Below, piece by piece: positions 29,450 through 43,635 of a DNA stretch of 64,000 bases. The stretch is taken from positions 188,914,001 through 188,978,000 of the forward strand of contig NC_042998.1 of NCBI RefSeq assembly GCF_006345805.1, read 5' to 3'. The DNA is from Octopus sinensis. Lineage: Eukaryota. Positions within the stretch are counted from its first letter, which is position 1, and every line of letters starts with the position of its first letter. Below the pieces are notes generated by a model. The model did not search any database. It was given only the letters and a program-made list of their open reading frames with translations, and was not told the DNA's origin. The position numbers were made by a program, and so were the translations under genes.

Positions 29450-30564
29450 GGTATTGGTTTCGTTTTTTGTCTTTCCATCCCTGTAATTTAACGGTTCGGC
29501 AAAAGTGACTGAAAGGATAAGTACCAGACTTCAAAACAATATACGCTGGGGTCGATCCATTCGACTAAAAAAAAACCCCTTAGGGGTGGTGTCCAGCATA
29601 GCCTGTGACTGGAACTAGTAAAGTATAAAAAATAATATGCGAACAAATTCTATCAATCCCACTCGCCATTTCCGATAATTCTATTCTATTCAATATCCCA
29701 CAAACATTTTAGTACTATTTCCCAGTGGGAAGTTGGTCAAAAAACTAAATAACAAATATATCGTTTCATTAGCTATCTACACTAATACCCTTGTAAAATT
29801 TCTTATCTGACTTAATGTTAGATCATCGACTAGAATTTAGCAACGTAACTCATTGTGTGAATGTTTTGCGGGTTATTATGATAATTACAAGTATAGCTTG
29901 CGTTTAGTAATGTCAGAACGCCATAGTTTTATCGTTCGAAAAATATGTTATCAGAGAATTAATGATGATGATACATTTGCGTAATATATATAAATTTATG
30001 TACGTTTTTATTTCATATTGGCACACTTTGTTAACAATAGCTCTGTTGGTTGCAGGTTTCTAACAAGCGCTGGCTCACTACATTTCATGGCAGCAACAAC
30101 AAAAAAGCGAACGTTTAAAGAGCGCCGATATGTTTCTATGTATTTGTCAGTTTATAATAGCCCATGTATGCGAGAGCTTGTGCGCGCATGTAAGTGTCTT
30201 TGTGTGCATTTTTATGCACTTACACACTCTTATATTTATACATAGATACATACATATACATACATACATGCAAGCACATGCTCACACACACATGCACATA
30301 CACACACATACATATACACACACGCACACAATCTCACACACACGTCCACACACACGTATGTGTATATATATATATGTATGTATGTATGTATGTGTGTATA
30401 TATATATATATATTCATATATTAGAGAGATAGATATTTAGATACATATATATGTAAATCTGTGTGTGTAAAACGGGTAAATGTTAGCGTCAGGAAGTACA
30501 TCCGGCTGTAAACACACCAATATCGGTTGTCAGGCGGTGTTGGAGGACTAACACACATATATAC

Positions 30565-31389
30565 GATCTGGAAGAAAACCAAAACTTTCAGATAGGGACC
30601 GTCGGACTCTTACGCGAATTGTTAGAAAGGATCACAAAAGAGCAGCTCCCAAAATTACTGCAGAGCTTAATGACCCCCTCGAGAACCAAGTTTGCACAAA
30701 AACTGTTCGCAGGGAGCTTCACAAAGCCGGATTTCATGGGAGGGTTGCAATCAGAAAACCACTACTTTCAAGCGTTTAGAGTGGAGTAATAACCTACAGA
30801 ATTGGTCCCTAGTGCAGTGGAAGAATGTTATTTTCTCGGTCCAGTCATCCTTTACCTTATTTCCGGCCACCGTCCGAGTATACGTGTTGAGACAGCCAAA
30901 AGAAGCATTTGACTCAGACTGCCTTCTTCCAACTGTTCAAAATAAAGGAGGATTTGTGATGATCTGTTTAAGCATTTTACTGGATCAAATTCATAGTTGC
31001 GGAACTGTTTCCGGAGGGAAACGCATTCTTTCAGGATGATAATGTACGAATTCCCACAGCTGAAGTTGTTACCTAATGGCACGAGGAAAATTCTAGTGGA
31101 GTTGAACATCTTTCTGGCCACCACAGTCCCCAGATCTCAATATTATTGAACATTTATGGTGCATTTTAGAAAAACAAGTAATGAATCGATATCTTCCACC
31201 ATCATCACTACAAGAACTGGACACTGTTTTAGCTGAAGAATGGACAAAAATTCCTTTGGAAACAATTGAAACTTTGTAAGAGTCCATACCTCATAAAAAA
31301 GCTGTAATTACTGCCAAAGGCAGTCCTACCCCATATTAAAATAATTTTGCTTGAAATTAAGGTGTTTCCATTATTTTGTCCAACCCCTG
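30565..31389 (+). mobile_element. Tc1-like transposon, central part and right end (pseudogenised transposase)
   Basis: SGRKPKLSDRDRRTL...RRELHKAGFHGRVAIRKP, FFQDDN and WPPQSPDLNIIEHLW motifs. The right TIR GGTGTTTCCATTATTTTGTCCAACCCCTG is followed by TA. Confidence 0.88.
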
Positions 31390-33778
31390 TATATCCTTGA
31401 TAAAATAAGTAATTGTTGAGCACTGCGACCGATATCATCGTTTTACCCGTTCCCCAAAAATTGCTGGCTTTGTGCCAAAATTTGAAACCAATGTTTATTC
31501 TCTCTTTATTTGTTCTCTTCTTTCATTTCTGCGCTTTCTCTCTCTCTTTCACGTTCACTATTTTCGTCTCCTACAATGTTTAGTTTAAATGTTTTAATAC
31601 CATTAGTTAAGTCAAAGCATAGGTAAGGGAAAGATCCTAGAAAAATAATATCCTGGCCATGAAGGTTTGGCGAAAATAGTATTGCAGTTTCTAATGGTTG
31701 AAAGACAGCAGAGATAACGAAAGATGAATGTCGTAGAGGTGTGTGTCCCAAACAAGCTAAGCGGTGTGTCGACCATGTCGAACATTAAAGGAGAGACAAA
31801 GAGAGAGAGAGAAACCATAGAGCAATTAAATAGGGGTCGAAGAGAGTTATTTACGATTTACATTCCAAAAGGAGAGTAGTAATCCTGTGAAGAGCAGCCA
31901 AACATCGATCATTTTCTAATTCTGTAAAGAGACCCAGTTGTGTTGCAGTGAGTACGTTTTCTGTGATATACTGTTGAATGTTACCTGAGAATGCTTTCGG
32001 AGGAGAGGGGCTAAAGCTAGTTCAAGAGCTTGTTGTTTGGATGTGGCAGCAGGAAAATATTCTGAACAATACGCTTAGCTGGGCTTAAATGACCTGAGAA
32101 GAGTCGGTCCACCGTGACTTGGAGCGAGAAGTGTGGAGTAAAAACAGAAACTCTAAACAAGCTTTTGTTACATTTATACAGAGTGGAGTTGGAATCTAAG
32201 CATATAGTGACTGTGCTAGCTTTGTCTGCAGTAATATTTCATACGGAGCCAATTGGATGAGTAGTTGTGGGCAAGAGAATTTACAAAATTTATCAGTCAT
32301 CTACCGCATCTAACAAATAACTCCCTAACACAAATATCTATTAACTCAACGGAGACCCTTGTATAGATATCTTAGTCATGATCAATACTCTCCCCACCAC
32401 CACCACCACCACCTAACCTCTCCCTGTCTTTCATACTATCTCATCTTTACATGATTCCAAATTCCGATTTGGATTGGCACCGACTCATTCTTCATTGCCA
32501 ACTCTTGAAAATACATCACTTTAATTCCATTAACGTTTGCTCCTCTTCCATTGGCTAGACAGCTCATTTGAACCGTTGCCAACTTCATCGATTAAGTATC
32601 GACTAGCAGTTGCTTGCAAATATTTATATACACATGCATACATACATATGCACACATATACACACACACATACATACACACACATGCATACATACATACA
32701 TACAAACATACATACATACATACATACATACATACATACATGTTTACGCATTTATACATGTATATATATACTTCAAACTTCCCTCTCGTGTCACTGCAAC
32801 CATGCTTATTATTATTATTTTGTTTTGAGCCTCTCTTTGATCCATTTGTTTATGTGTATAGTTCTCTCCATTTTAACGTTCTTTCCAAATTCCTGTCATT
32901 TATTTATATTTCGTCATAATTTGATTTTTAAGGATTATGATTTATTGTTATCATACTTACTTAGATTTTTCTTGGGTTTCTTTCTTTTATATTTTTATTG
33001 TTATTGTTTTTACTTGTTGTTTTTTTCCTTTTTGTATATGTCATATCTTTTTTTTTCTTCTCTATGCTTTTTTGTTATGCATTCTTGTTATACTTCCTAT
33101 TCGACCCTCTTTTGTGGGAATTTTCTATATTTTATTTGTCTTTGTGTTTTTTTCTTCAAGTAGATATTCTCTGTAAAGAGTTTTATGTGGACTTTGTTGA
33201 ACAGAATCAGAATTCGTGACCAATGGCACACAACAAAATGAAATTTTGCTGATCTAGAAACACATTTCCCTAGATAAAGCCTTACTTATACATATGTATA
33301 GACATGAATATAAAATTTAGGGTACAAAGATGACCAACTGAATAAAGTGCTACTTCGAAATCAGCAGCTTAGGAAAGTATCTTCATCTAGACAAGTCGAT
33401 CCAAGCCTTTTGGGTGAAATTGGAAAGCTGTGCAGAGTTCCATTGGATATACTCCATTTGTAATTCAAAGTGCTAACTGTGTCACACACTATATCAAGCT
33501 GATTTTGTCTTAAGATTACATTAATTGTATAAATATAGTGACAATATAACAAGGGATACATTTAAAACGTGTGTATTTTTGTATCTATTACGTTATGTTT
33601 GTCTCTGTTACGATATGTATGTTTTTACCTGTATCCTCTTTTATAATTTTGTCTATTTTAAATATTTTACAAACAAAGAAGGTCAATTACATAAAGAAAA
33701 CAAAGCAAAGACAGTCCAAAAGTAGCTCTGAGACAAGAGCTATGATTCAATTATGGACATAGCCATTCCAGACAATGT

Positions 33779-34007
33779 TATTTCTTTATTGCCCACAAGG
33801 GCTAAACACAGAGGGGACAAACAAGGACAGACAAAGGGATTAAGTCGATTACATCGGCCCCAGTGCGTAACTGGTACTTAATTTATCGACCCCGAAAGGA
33901 TGAAAGGCAAAGTCGACCTCGGCGGAATTCGAACTCAGAACGTAGCGGCAGACGAAATACCGCTAAGCATTTCGCCCGGCGTGCTAACGTTTCTGCCAGC
34001 TCGCCTT
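33779..34007 (-). mobile_element. SINE family A
   Basis: Full copy with a 16-bp TSD CCATTCCAGACAATGT (33763-33778 and 34008-34023). Confidence 0.88.
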
Positions 34008-34502
34008 CCATTCCAGACAATGTACCACTCATATTGCTCTATATTGTTCTCGTCTGACATATTCAGTACTTTATCTGTTCCCCATACCTTATCACACGCT
34101 AATTTTCTCACCAGCCTTGCCTCACAATTCTCACTTTCATATTATACCCTTTTCCAGGCTTGTTCAATTTAGGGCTAAATACTTTGTCAATGCAATCATA
34201 TTTTATTACTTTCGATAACAATGAATATCATCTGGAGTCCGATTGTCATCTATTACCTTATTGATTGAAAATATCAGTTTTATTTCAATATTAACTTTAC
34301 TATCCCGAGTAGTCTATTAAATTTCATTACAAGACAGAAGTATGACACTGGTAACCATATCAGACTGGTAATAGAACATTTTCTTAGACAAGGGTTGTAA
34401 CTGATTTTCATCTTGAATTAATATTTCAGCATATTAGATTTAAACGATACAACTCTTTCTCCATTTTCCCAACTCTTTACTCTTTTACTCTTTTACTTGT
34501 TT

Positions 34503-34891
34503 CAGTCATTTGACTGCGGCCATGCTGGAGCACCGCCTTTAGTCGAGCATATCGACCCCGGGACTTATTCTTTGTACGCCCAGTACTTATTCTATCGATC
34601 TCTTTTTGCCGAACCGCTAAGTGACGGGGGACGTAAACACACCAGCATCGGTTGTCAAGCGATGGTGGGGGGACAAACACAGACACACAAACATATACAC
34701 ACACATACATATATATATACATATATTCGACAGGCTTCTTTCAGTTTCCGTCTACCAAATCCACTCACAAGGCATTGGTCGGCCCGAGGCTATAGCAGAA
34801 GACACTTGCCCAAGATGCCACGCAGTGGGACTGAACCCGGAACCATATGGTTGGTAAGCAAGCTACTTACCACACAGCCACTCCTGCGCCT
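34503..34891 (-). mobile_element. SINE family B (tRNA-derived head, internal microsatellite)
   Basis: Minus strand starts AGGCGCAGGAGTGGCTGTGTGGTAAG (A box) and GGTTCAGTCCC (B box); homologs at 41788-42213 and elsewhere. Confidence 0.85.
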
Positions 34892-34944
34892 GTAACTCAA
34901 ATACTAATTAGTCCCACTTTCCCCCGAAACATTTTAAATGCCAT

Positions 34945-35300
34945 AATTACCTCCGCCTTAGCGAAGGTGGAGGTGTTGTTTTCAGTCGCGTCTGTTTCTT
35001 GTTTGTCCGTGGACAACATATCTCAAGAACCGCTGCATGAATTCGGATGAAACTTTTAGGAATGTTTGACCTTGTAACTGGCACGAACTGATTAGATTTG
35101 GGGACAGATCCGGTACCGAACAAGGATTCTGGATTATTTTTACTGTATTTTTACCTAATTTTTGAGAGAGATCAGGTTCATTTTTACTATTCTCGTTTGT
35201 GAGAACAGTCGACTTGGATGATATATGTGGTCCTATCAATTCCTTTCAGCAGTCTTCTGAAATGAATTGATAGGCCCACATATAACATCCAATTATTGAG
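34945..35300 (+). mobile_element. Helentron/HINE-like non-autonomous element
   Basis: Starts ATTACCTCCGCC-TTAGCGAA-GGTGGAGGT, a terminal hairpin resembling DINE-1/HINE ends. The right boundary is uncertain. Confidence 0.45.
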
Positions 35301-37077
35301 TATTAATTGAAAAGGCTGTAACAAGTGAGGCTGGCCAATTTGTTAAAAAAACAAATATTATTAACTTCCTTATCTCCATTTTCTTTTCTTCTTTTAAATG
35401 CATATAAACTATATGTCTAATATACCTATTGTTTTAAGGGAATTTCATTTCTCTAAAACACTAGGTATATGAACCAATATTTCCTTGGATGCAGCTATCC
35501 CTTCACGAGGGTTACATATCCTCTAATTAAATACACACTCGCGCGCACGCACGCACACCTGCATATAGAGAATAAATTCTAAGTTCACGAGATATATTGG
35601 AATACATGTAATTTTTTTTTTATCGAAACATTGTAAACTAGGTAACTCCAATTGATTTGGTGACTGATTCATAGCTGAGCCGACAGCAATAGAGAATTCA
35701 TGGGTGGAACTCATAATGAATTCATATAGGTTCGTGTTGCACTGGAAGAATAATTTTCTTGACATAGCCATAACCCTTAAGCAGTATGAGCGTGTTTACA
35801 GTTTTCTAGCCATCAGGAGTTGAAACTGAACATCAACGATATCGATCATGCAAAAAAAAAATACAGATCCAGATTGATGCTCACATGGCAATGGAAATTC
35901 AGAGAAAGTACATCAGAACCTAGAGGCAATAAACGATTGACAGCCGGTCAAATTATAATTATAATGCAACTCTGCGTGAAAAGTAGAATTATATCTGTAT
36001 TGCTTTAGATATAAGAAACCGGAACTGACAAGTTGAGAAAAAAAGTAGTTATATATAAAAAATAAATACGTGGTTGCTGAATAGGCAAAAACAGTAACTA
36101 GAACACCAACTCAACAGGAACACAACAAAATATGGCCATGGAGTTTCTATGTTTACGTTTAACCACTTCCGGTTGCAGACACGTCACTGACTGGGCTACG
36201 AACCATTTCCCATAACGATTATATAAGTGTTCAATGAAGCATTTCAGTAACCAGATTTACTGCTCGGTCATTCCTTTATAGGAACAGGAAACATTATCAA
36301 TGGTTAAAAACAAATGAAAAAGAAAAGAAGATGAAGGTAGAATAACATTATTAACTATTATGATTTCTTGAATAGGAATGGAGCTTCAGTGATATACATT
36401 TATAAATGTGTGATGTAATTCATTTTCCAAGGACATCATGGATATAATTGTAGGAAAGCCGTTTCAGCTTGGAATTATTATTGGATCGACAAATCGATTC
36501 GCTACAAACTTACCAGTTCTTACCACAAAAATGAAGTGCCAATATCAATACTAAATGAAACACACGCACAACCTGTAACTTACTGTAGACAATTACACAT
36601 GCAATATATTATCTAAAGTACATATAAGACGTCATCAGATTGCTTCTTAATTAACACAATGTGTTGAAATTAAAGAACAATGATATTACGTGATGTATCT
36701 GCCATTCCTCAAAGCAAAAGGGATACATTTGAAGTGGAAACCTCCAGTCATTAATCAAAATTAAGTCCAGGATCTGAGTTTATCGAGAAATTTCATGACA
36801 ACATACTACTTTACACTCCATAGAATATTAGTTCCAAACGACTTGACAAGATAAATTATCAAAATTAATGTCTAACTTCCCACGTACCTAACTATAGTAC
36901 TGAGTGCGGAACAAAGTATATTTATAGTCATTGTTATATTTAGAGGCATTTAATTATGCACACCTGCATGTCCCTATATTTATCTGTGTATGTGTGTGAG
37001 AGAGAGATAATACATACATACATATGTATATCGATAGATAGGTAAATACATACATGCATACACACATACAGCTCCAA

Positions 37078-38654
37078 AACAGCTGGGTTCTCTTACCTCA
37101 GAGAAGACCTGGATGAAAACCTCACAGAATACAAAATAAAAAGCCTATGCATGGGTATGTTACCCGGAAGCTTGAAGAAGACAGTAGAACTGACACGAAG
37201 TTCAGCCTCTTCTTGGACACAAGACCACTACATCACATCACACTTTGAAGGCTATGCGTTTGCAATCCAGGAATATAAGATTACCACAAAGTACCTGGTG
37301 AACAAGAGAGACAGTGACGTTCTTGTAATCCCAAGGTGCAACCGCATGTTTAGGTTACGTCATGTTTCTGTGGAAGACATTACGCATGTGACTAGCAACG
37401 GTACTACCTCTCTGAGCGGCACGATGTTGTTGGTAAAATAATTTACAATACCATCCACAAAAAAGCACTTTCGTGAAATAAACTTAAGAAATCCCTCTGC
37501 TATGGAATACATTCATAAACACCAACTCAAGGAATACTGGTGGAATAGTCCCATCAAAACTTCTGCAAACAAAAAGATCGTATATTGTTGCTGTCATCTG
37601 CCTGTCGGCTCTACTCCTGCAACTCAACTTGATTTCGAGCCGGGTCGTCTGCTGCTGGAGAGGACCGATCAGGTAAAGGACCTGGGTATCTTGGTGGATT
37701 CCTCCTTTTCGCCTTCGGCCCAGTGCGTCCATGCTGCCAACAAAGCGCGCGGAATTCTGTTTTTGATTCGACGGTCATTCGGAATGCTCACAGCAGCCAT
37801 ATTCCTGCCACTCTATGTCACGCTGGTGAGACCCATATTGGAGTATGGGATTCAAGCCTCTTCTCCTTATCTCCTCAAAGACATACAGCACCTCGAAAGA
37901 GTCCAGAGGCTGGCTACCCGCATGGTTCATGGTCTCAAAAATTTGTCCTACGAAGAAAGGCTGAGGACGCTCGACCTTTGTTCTCTTGAAAAACGCCGCC
38001 GCCGTGGTGATCTCATTCTCGCCCACAACATCATAAGCGGGAAGTGTAACCTCTCGAAAGAGCTGTTCTTCACTCCTGCTCCGGAGCGTCGGCTGCGGGG
38101 TCATTCCGAAAAGCTCTACCTGCGACGATTTCATCTCAATCGAAGGAGAGGGGCTTTCTCCGTCCGGGTTGCGGATCCGTGGAACAAGCTGCCAGACGAG
38201 ATGGTGAAGATGCCGACGACCGCTTTGTTCAAAGCCTCCCTTGACCTCAAGTGGCCTGAACTCTTTACATGAACACCACCCTGTACTTAACTCCATGTCC
38301 CCCTACATGGCCTTGCTATTTGCTTTTGAGCCAAATTAACTAACTAACTAACTAAGATGGGCAAAGGTATGTGCAATCATAGAGGTTAGCTGCCCTACAG
38401 ATGTAAATACATCTTTGAAAATCAAAGAAAAAGAAAATATCTATGGAAAACTCCTTCGAAACCTCCAGCTTCTATACCCAGACTATGAATTCATATTCAT
38501 TCCACTAATAATTGGTTTTGCTAGTAAATGCTTAAAGGAGAATCAGGATAAACTGGGATTTTCAGAAAGAAAAACTGAGCGGCTAATTCGTACATTACAA
38601 GTCCAATCTGTGAGTGGAACAGTAAAAATTTGCAAGACTTTTCTCAAGTTCTAA
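37078..38654 (+). mobile_element. R4/Dong-type LINE 3' portion (zinc knuckle and REL endonuclease), interrupted by a CR1-like insert
   Basis: HFEGYAFAIQE and ERHDVVGKII before the insert; CAIIEVSCPTDVN..KIKEKENIYGKL..FIPLIIG..KICKTFLKF* after it. Confidence 0.8.
37579..38353 (+). mobile_element. CR1-group LINE, 5'-truncated 3' end with an intact reading frame
   Basis: KDLGILVDSSFSPSAQC, LYVTLVRPILEYG, LERVQRLATR, LRGHSEKL and FSVRVADPWNKLP motifs; 3'UTR stem-loop 38293-38310; (TAAC)n tail; candidate TSD AAGAT at 37574-37578 and 38354-38358. Confidence 0.9.
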
Positions 38655-38744
38655 ATGTGAATTTGACTGTGTTAACTACATCCCAAATATGGAGCAAAGA
38701 AGACTTCAAAAATAACGAGTTGCGACATCTCTTGACGATCGATA

Positions 38745-39390
38745 AAATTTGACACCATGATGTTATCGAGTACCTGCAGAAACAGGGTTTAGCCCCCAAG
38801 AACATTGATGCTAACATTGTTGCTACATTAGGAGATGATGCTCCATCTTTATCAACATTGAAAAAGTTGACTGCTGAATTTAAGCAGGGAAGGAGAGTCT
38901 TGAAGACGACCCAAGATCTAGATGTTCTGCAACTGCCACCACCGAGTAAAATGTTGATTGTGTTAACTAAATGCTGATGGATGACAGGCGACTGACTATA
39001 AATTAAATATCCAATGCTGTTAGCATGTTCCTTGAGAGAATTGAGAGTATTCTACTCAATGAAATTGGCATGACGAATGTTTCTGCTCGGTGGGTGTCGC
39101 ATCTTCTGACAACTGATCAAAAGCACACCAGGCTGACCACATAACGAGAAAATCTGACTTCGTTTGAGACAGATCCAGCTGGTTACATTGAGCGTTTCTC
39201 AAGCCAGGATGAGTGTTTGCTTCATCGTTTTGAGCCAGAGGCAAAAAGATAATCCATTCAGTGAAAACACTCCCTCTTCACCTATTCCAAAGAAGGCCAA
39301 GATTTTTTCATCTGCAGGGAAGGAGATGGTCTCAGCTTTTTAGGATGCAAAAGGCATCGTGTTTATTGAATATCATCAAAAGGCCTTTTT
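38745..39390 (+). mobile_element. Mariner-like transposase remnant
   Basis: Degenerate LGDDAPSLSTLKK..AEFK..LEDDPRS HTH region, a SARWV linker and a DECLLHRFEPEAK-like segment; several frameshifts. Confidence 0.75.
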
Positions 39391-39789
39391 ACAGATCAAG
39401 CTTTAGATTATCCCTGGTGATTTCTTTGACAAGTTCTATGTGCTTGTTATGGGACTTACACTAATACTGAGACGGTTTCCCGTTCGCTTCCTGGAGCTGC
39501 AAATAGACATGCTCACCAGACCTGGTTGAACGCTCAGAGCATTAAGAAAGCCAGAATAAACACAACAATTTATCCAAAGGTCAAACAATTTCAGCATTCT
39601 ACCAGAATGATAATAATATCAAGGCATTGTGCCCATCGCTCTAAAGATTTTTGTCTACGTCTATTTTCTCTCTAAATTTTATACATTGTCCCTTTTCTGC
39701 TTTTGCTCAATCATTCCTTGATTTAAATATTTTCTTTCCAGCGTCACTCTTGTATTTTCACTGAATGCAAGAGTGACATTTCTTACTAT

Positions 39790-39993
39790 ATCTTTAATTT
39801 TCTTTCACTTTTCTTTCATTAGTTTCTTTCTTGTATCTCCATCTTTAATTTTCTTTCACTTTTCTTTCATTAGTTTCTTTCTTGTATCTCCATCTTTAAT
39901 TTTCTTTCACTTTTCTTTCATTAGTTTCTTTCTTGTATCTCCATCTTTAATTTTCTTTCACTTTTCTTTCATTAGTTTCTTTCTTGTATCTCC
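39790..39993. repeat. Minisatellite, 4 copies of a 51-bp pyrimidine-rich unit
   Basis: ATCTTTAATTTTCTTTCACTTTTCTTTCATTAGTTTCTTTCTTGTATCTCC x4, with no spacers. Confidence 0.95.
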
Positions 39994-40232
39994 ATACACT
40001 ATTTCCTTTCTCTGATCTTTCGCTTTATCCGCATGGACTACTGTTTTATTTTCGTCCATTTACCTTCAACCGCTCCCAGAACCCTCCTTATGTTGCTTTT
40101 TTTTTTCTTTTTATATTGTCAGCAGTGTATGTGCATGTGTGATTGTGTGTGTATATATTCCACTCGCTATGAAATAATGTAGCCTTGATCCTATCTACTC
40201 CATTCCTTAACTCTTGTATATATATATAATAT

Positions 40233-40272
<40 letters not shown>

Positions 40273-40459
40273 TATATATATTATATATATATATATATAT
40301 TATATATATATATATATATGGATGTGTGTATTTTCCCTTGTTTACAATTAACACAGAAAAAATAGATAAATAGTTACCAGGGCAGCAAAAAATCACACAA
40401 GTAATAAGGACGTGACACCCTGGTTGATGTGAAATATTTTGTATAATATATATAAATAA

Positions 40460-41740
40460 ATGGATATGCACTCAGGAAAGCCACCCTTGATGCTAAGAAA
40501 ATTATGGAGAGGTATAACTTACAGATGAAGACAGAACCACTTGATCCTAACCAAACTCGTTCTATTTTAAAAGATCATAAACAAAATTGTTAATAACCCA
40601 TCTTTACGACTTATCTGTCCTTCTAGCTCTGACATCGGTGTACTTAGTAAAAATATTCTAGATAGATATATTCCTACTATAGTTTAAAAAATCAAAGCTT
40701 AGTTTATGATCCAGTTCGTTCCAAGTCGTCGACTGGTTTTGTTCTATTACTAATAAAAGGAGCAATATGTTTATCCAGTTTGACATTTCTAGTTTCTATT
40801 CCACCAACAACCCAATAGTACTTAATAAGGCACTCTGGCTAGCTCATAACAAAGCTGGTCTCATCAGGGAAGAGATTAATGTCTTGTTAGCCACCAGAAA
40901 AATGTTGCCGGTCCGTAAAGACACACCCGATGGTTATGATGTTACGATGGGAAGTTCTGATTCAGCACAAATAGCTGATTTGGTCGGTATATATATACTT
41001 TATGAAATGGCAGACCAGTTCCCAAGCATCAATGGAGGTCTATATCGTGATTAATTGTTTACTCTACCTTCAAAATGTTTCTGACCAAAAAGTACATAAG
41101 GTTAAGAATAGTTTAGTTAATTTTTTTCTTTAGAATGGGGTTAGGCATCGTTTTTGATGATGATGTAACGAAAGCCAACATTTTAGATATTACACTTAAC
41201 TTACACAATAATTCGTACTTCCCATACTACAAACCATCGACAAATTTTAAGTATATTAGCCAATTCAGTAATCATTCTAGGGCAATCACTAAGAACTTAA
41301 TTAAGAATATTTCATTTAGATTGTCTAAGTTATCTGCTAATGTTGACATTTTCAACAAGGCTAAATTTTATAACTATGCCTTCCTTAAAGTAAGCTATAC
41401 AGATAAAGTTACCTACCTTAATTCCATTCAATCTTATTCTACCTTTAGTAATGGAGACATGAAATCGAGTTCTAAGGATATAAACGATATCAATTTTAAT
41501 TTATATGCCAACACCGAACAGAGCAAGGTTTTGTTACAACGTAAGGGAGATAACCGTTATTTAAACCCCTTTTTTCATTCTAAAGATAAATCGGTATCTT
41601 TTTAAAATAGTTACACTAAAAATAAGGCAACTAATAGCAAAACTATTTGGTTGATTATTCCTTATGGGAGGCAAATTAAATCTAATTTGGAATAATACCA
41701 ATGTTGCCTTCGAAACATATGTCGGAAGTAAAAGATTTGA
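40460..41740 (+). mobile_element. Penelope-like element, degenerate reverse transcriptase remnant
   Basis: Broken frames give KDHK..NNPSLRLICPS, FIQFDISSFYS, DVTMGSSDSAQIADLVGIYIL, GGLYRD* and ILDITLNLHNNSYFPYYKP, which are motifs typical of PLE RTs. Contains stops and frameshifts. Confidence 0.8.
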
Positions 41741-41787
41741 ATAACACCTGCGCTTAAATCCATTTATCTATCTATATATATATATTC

Positions 41788-42213
41788 AGTCACTTGACCG
41801 CGGCCGTGCTGGAGCACCGCCTGTAATCGAATAAATCGACCTGAGGACTTATTCTTTGTAAGCCTAGTACTTATTCTATCGGTCTCTTTGCCGAACCGCT
41901 ATATTACGAAGACGTAACACACCAACATTGGTTGTCAAGCGGTGGGGGGGGGAATACATACATACACACATATGCATGCACACGCACACACACATACACA
42001 CGCGCACACACACGCACACACACATACACACACACACATATATATATGTATATGACGGGCTTCTTTCGGTTTACGTCTATCAAATCCATTCATAAGGCTT
42101 TGGCAGGCCCAAGGCTATAGTAGAAGACACTTGCCCAAGAAGCCACGCAATGGGGTTGAACCCGGAACCATGTGGTAGGGAAGGAAACAAGCTTCTTACC
42201 ACACAGCCACTCC
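41788..42213 (-). mobile_element. SINE family B
   Basis: Colinear with 34503-34891, with an expanded internal (CA)n. Confidence 0.82.
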
Positions 42214-42223
42214 TCTGTGTGTG

Positions 42224-42305
<82 letters not shown>

Positions 42306-42929
42306 AGCGTGCTAGCGGACGCATTTCTTAGTAGAGACACATAGAGAAATATGGAACATTTTCTATGTTGCTGTGTTAGTGGGTCTCTATCTGGATATAA
42401 GTATGTTGTACCACTTAATACCATTTCCACTATGTTAACCGCTCACTACGTCTTTCTTTTAATCCATTAAATAACGTATTAGAACATGTTGATCGACATT
42501 CATAGTTCTTTCTCCACTTTCTAAAGTCTAACTCTCTCTCTCTCTCCCTCACTCACACACGCACGCACACACACACATACACACATACACACACACACTC
42601 ATACTCTCGCACACAGACACACACATTCACACACACAAACACATTGTCTCGAATGTATTTCTTTATCTCTATCATTCTGTTCTTCTCTCCCTCTACGCCC
42701 TCCTACTATCTCCCTCTCTATCTCTTTCTATATCTCTACCTCTTCCTCCCTCTCTGCATATGCATATGTGTGTGTGCATATGTACATATACCTGTATGTA
42801 CACATATACATATATATAGAGAGAGGGGAGAGGGGAGAGGAAGAGAAGGAGAGAGAGGGGGAGAGAGAGGAAGAGAGAGACTCAAATATGCGCACATACG
42901 CACAAAATCACATTGACACATGTAATCAA

Positions 42930-42949
42930 TATATAAATATATATATACG

Positions 42950-43039
<90 letters not shown>

Positions 43040-43062
43040 ATATATATACATACGTATATATA

Positions 43063-43128
<66 letters not shown>

Positions 43129-43635
43129 ATATGCATGCATGTATGTATATGTACACATATATATCTATGTTTGTATGTATGCATGTATGTACATATATTA
43201 TAAATGGTTTATATTGTATATGGTACATGTATGCATTTGAGTATGTGTTGGAGTATGATCTTGTGCAGCTATTGTCGGCGATGATAAAAGAGTTTTCGAG
43301 AAAAGTAGCAGAAAGTGAAAGAAATGCGAGGGCGTAGACAACCCAAAGACTATAAGAGTCTCCTAGTGAGAAGAAAAGAAGAAATAATGATAATGGCTGG
43401 AAATGATGTTTCTTTCATAAGAGATGATGCTGAAGAGATGCTTGTTTTAAGTATAGAATAATCTAGCTGGGACACAGCTGCTGTGAATAGGTATATATAT
43501 GTAGGTAGATAGATAAAAGGTAAGTAGGTAGGTAGGATGTGTGGATGCTTGGTTGGTTGGCTGGTCGGTTGGTTGGTTGGTTGGTTGGTTGGTTGGTTGG
43601 TTGGTTGGTTGGTTGGTTGGTTGGTTGGTTGGTTG
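42930..43635. repeat. (TA)n and (GGTT)n microsatellites
   Basis: Seen directly in the sequence. Confidence 0.9.

Noticed and set aside
31500-32330. Possible decayed LINE endonuclease region on the minus strand
   Set aside because: No convincing catalytic motifs could be read.
39773-40015. Repeat array as a CRISPR or a repeat-protein ORF
   Set aside because: No spacers, no cas genes, eukaryotic context; it is a simple VNTR.
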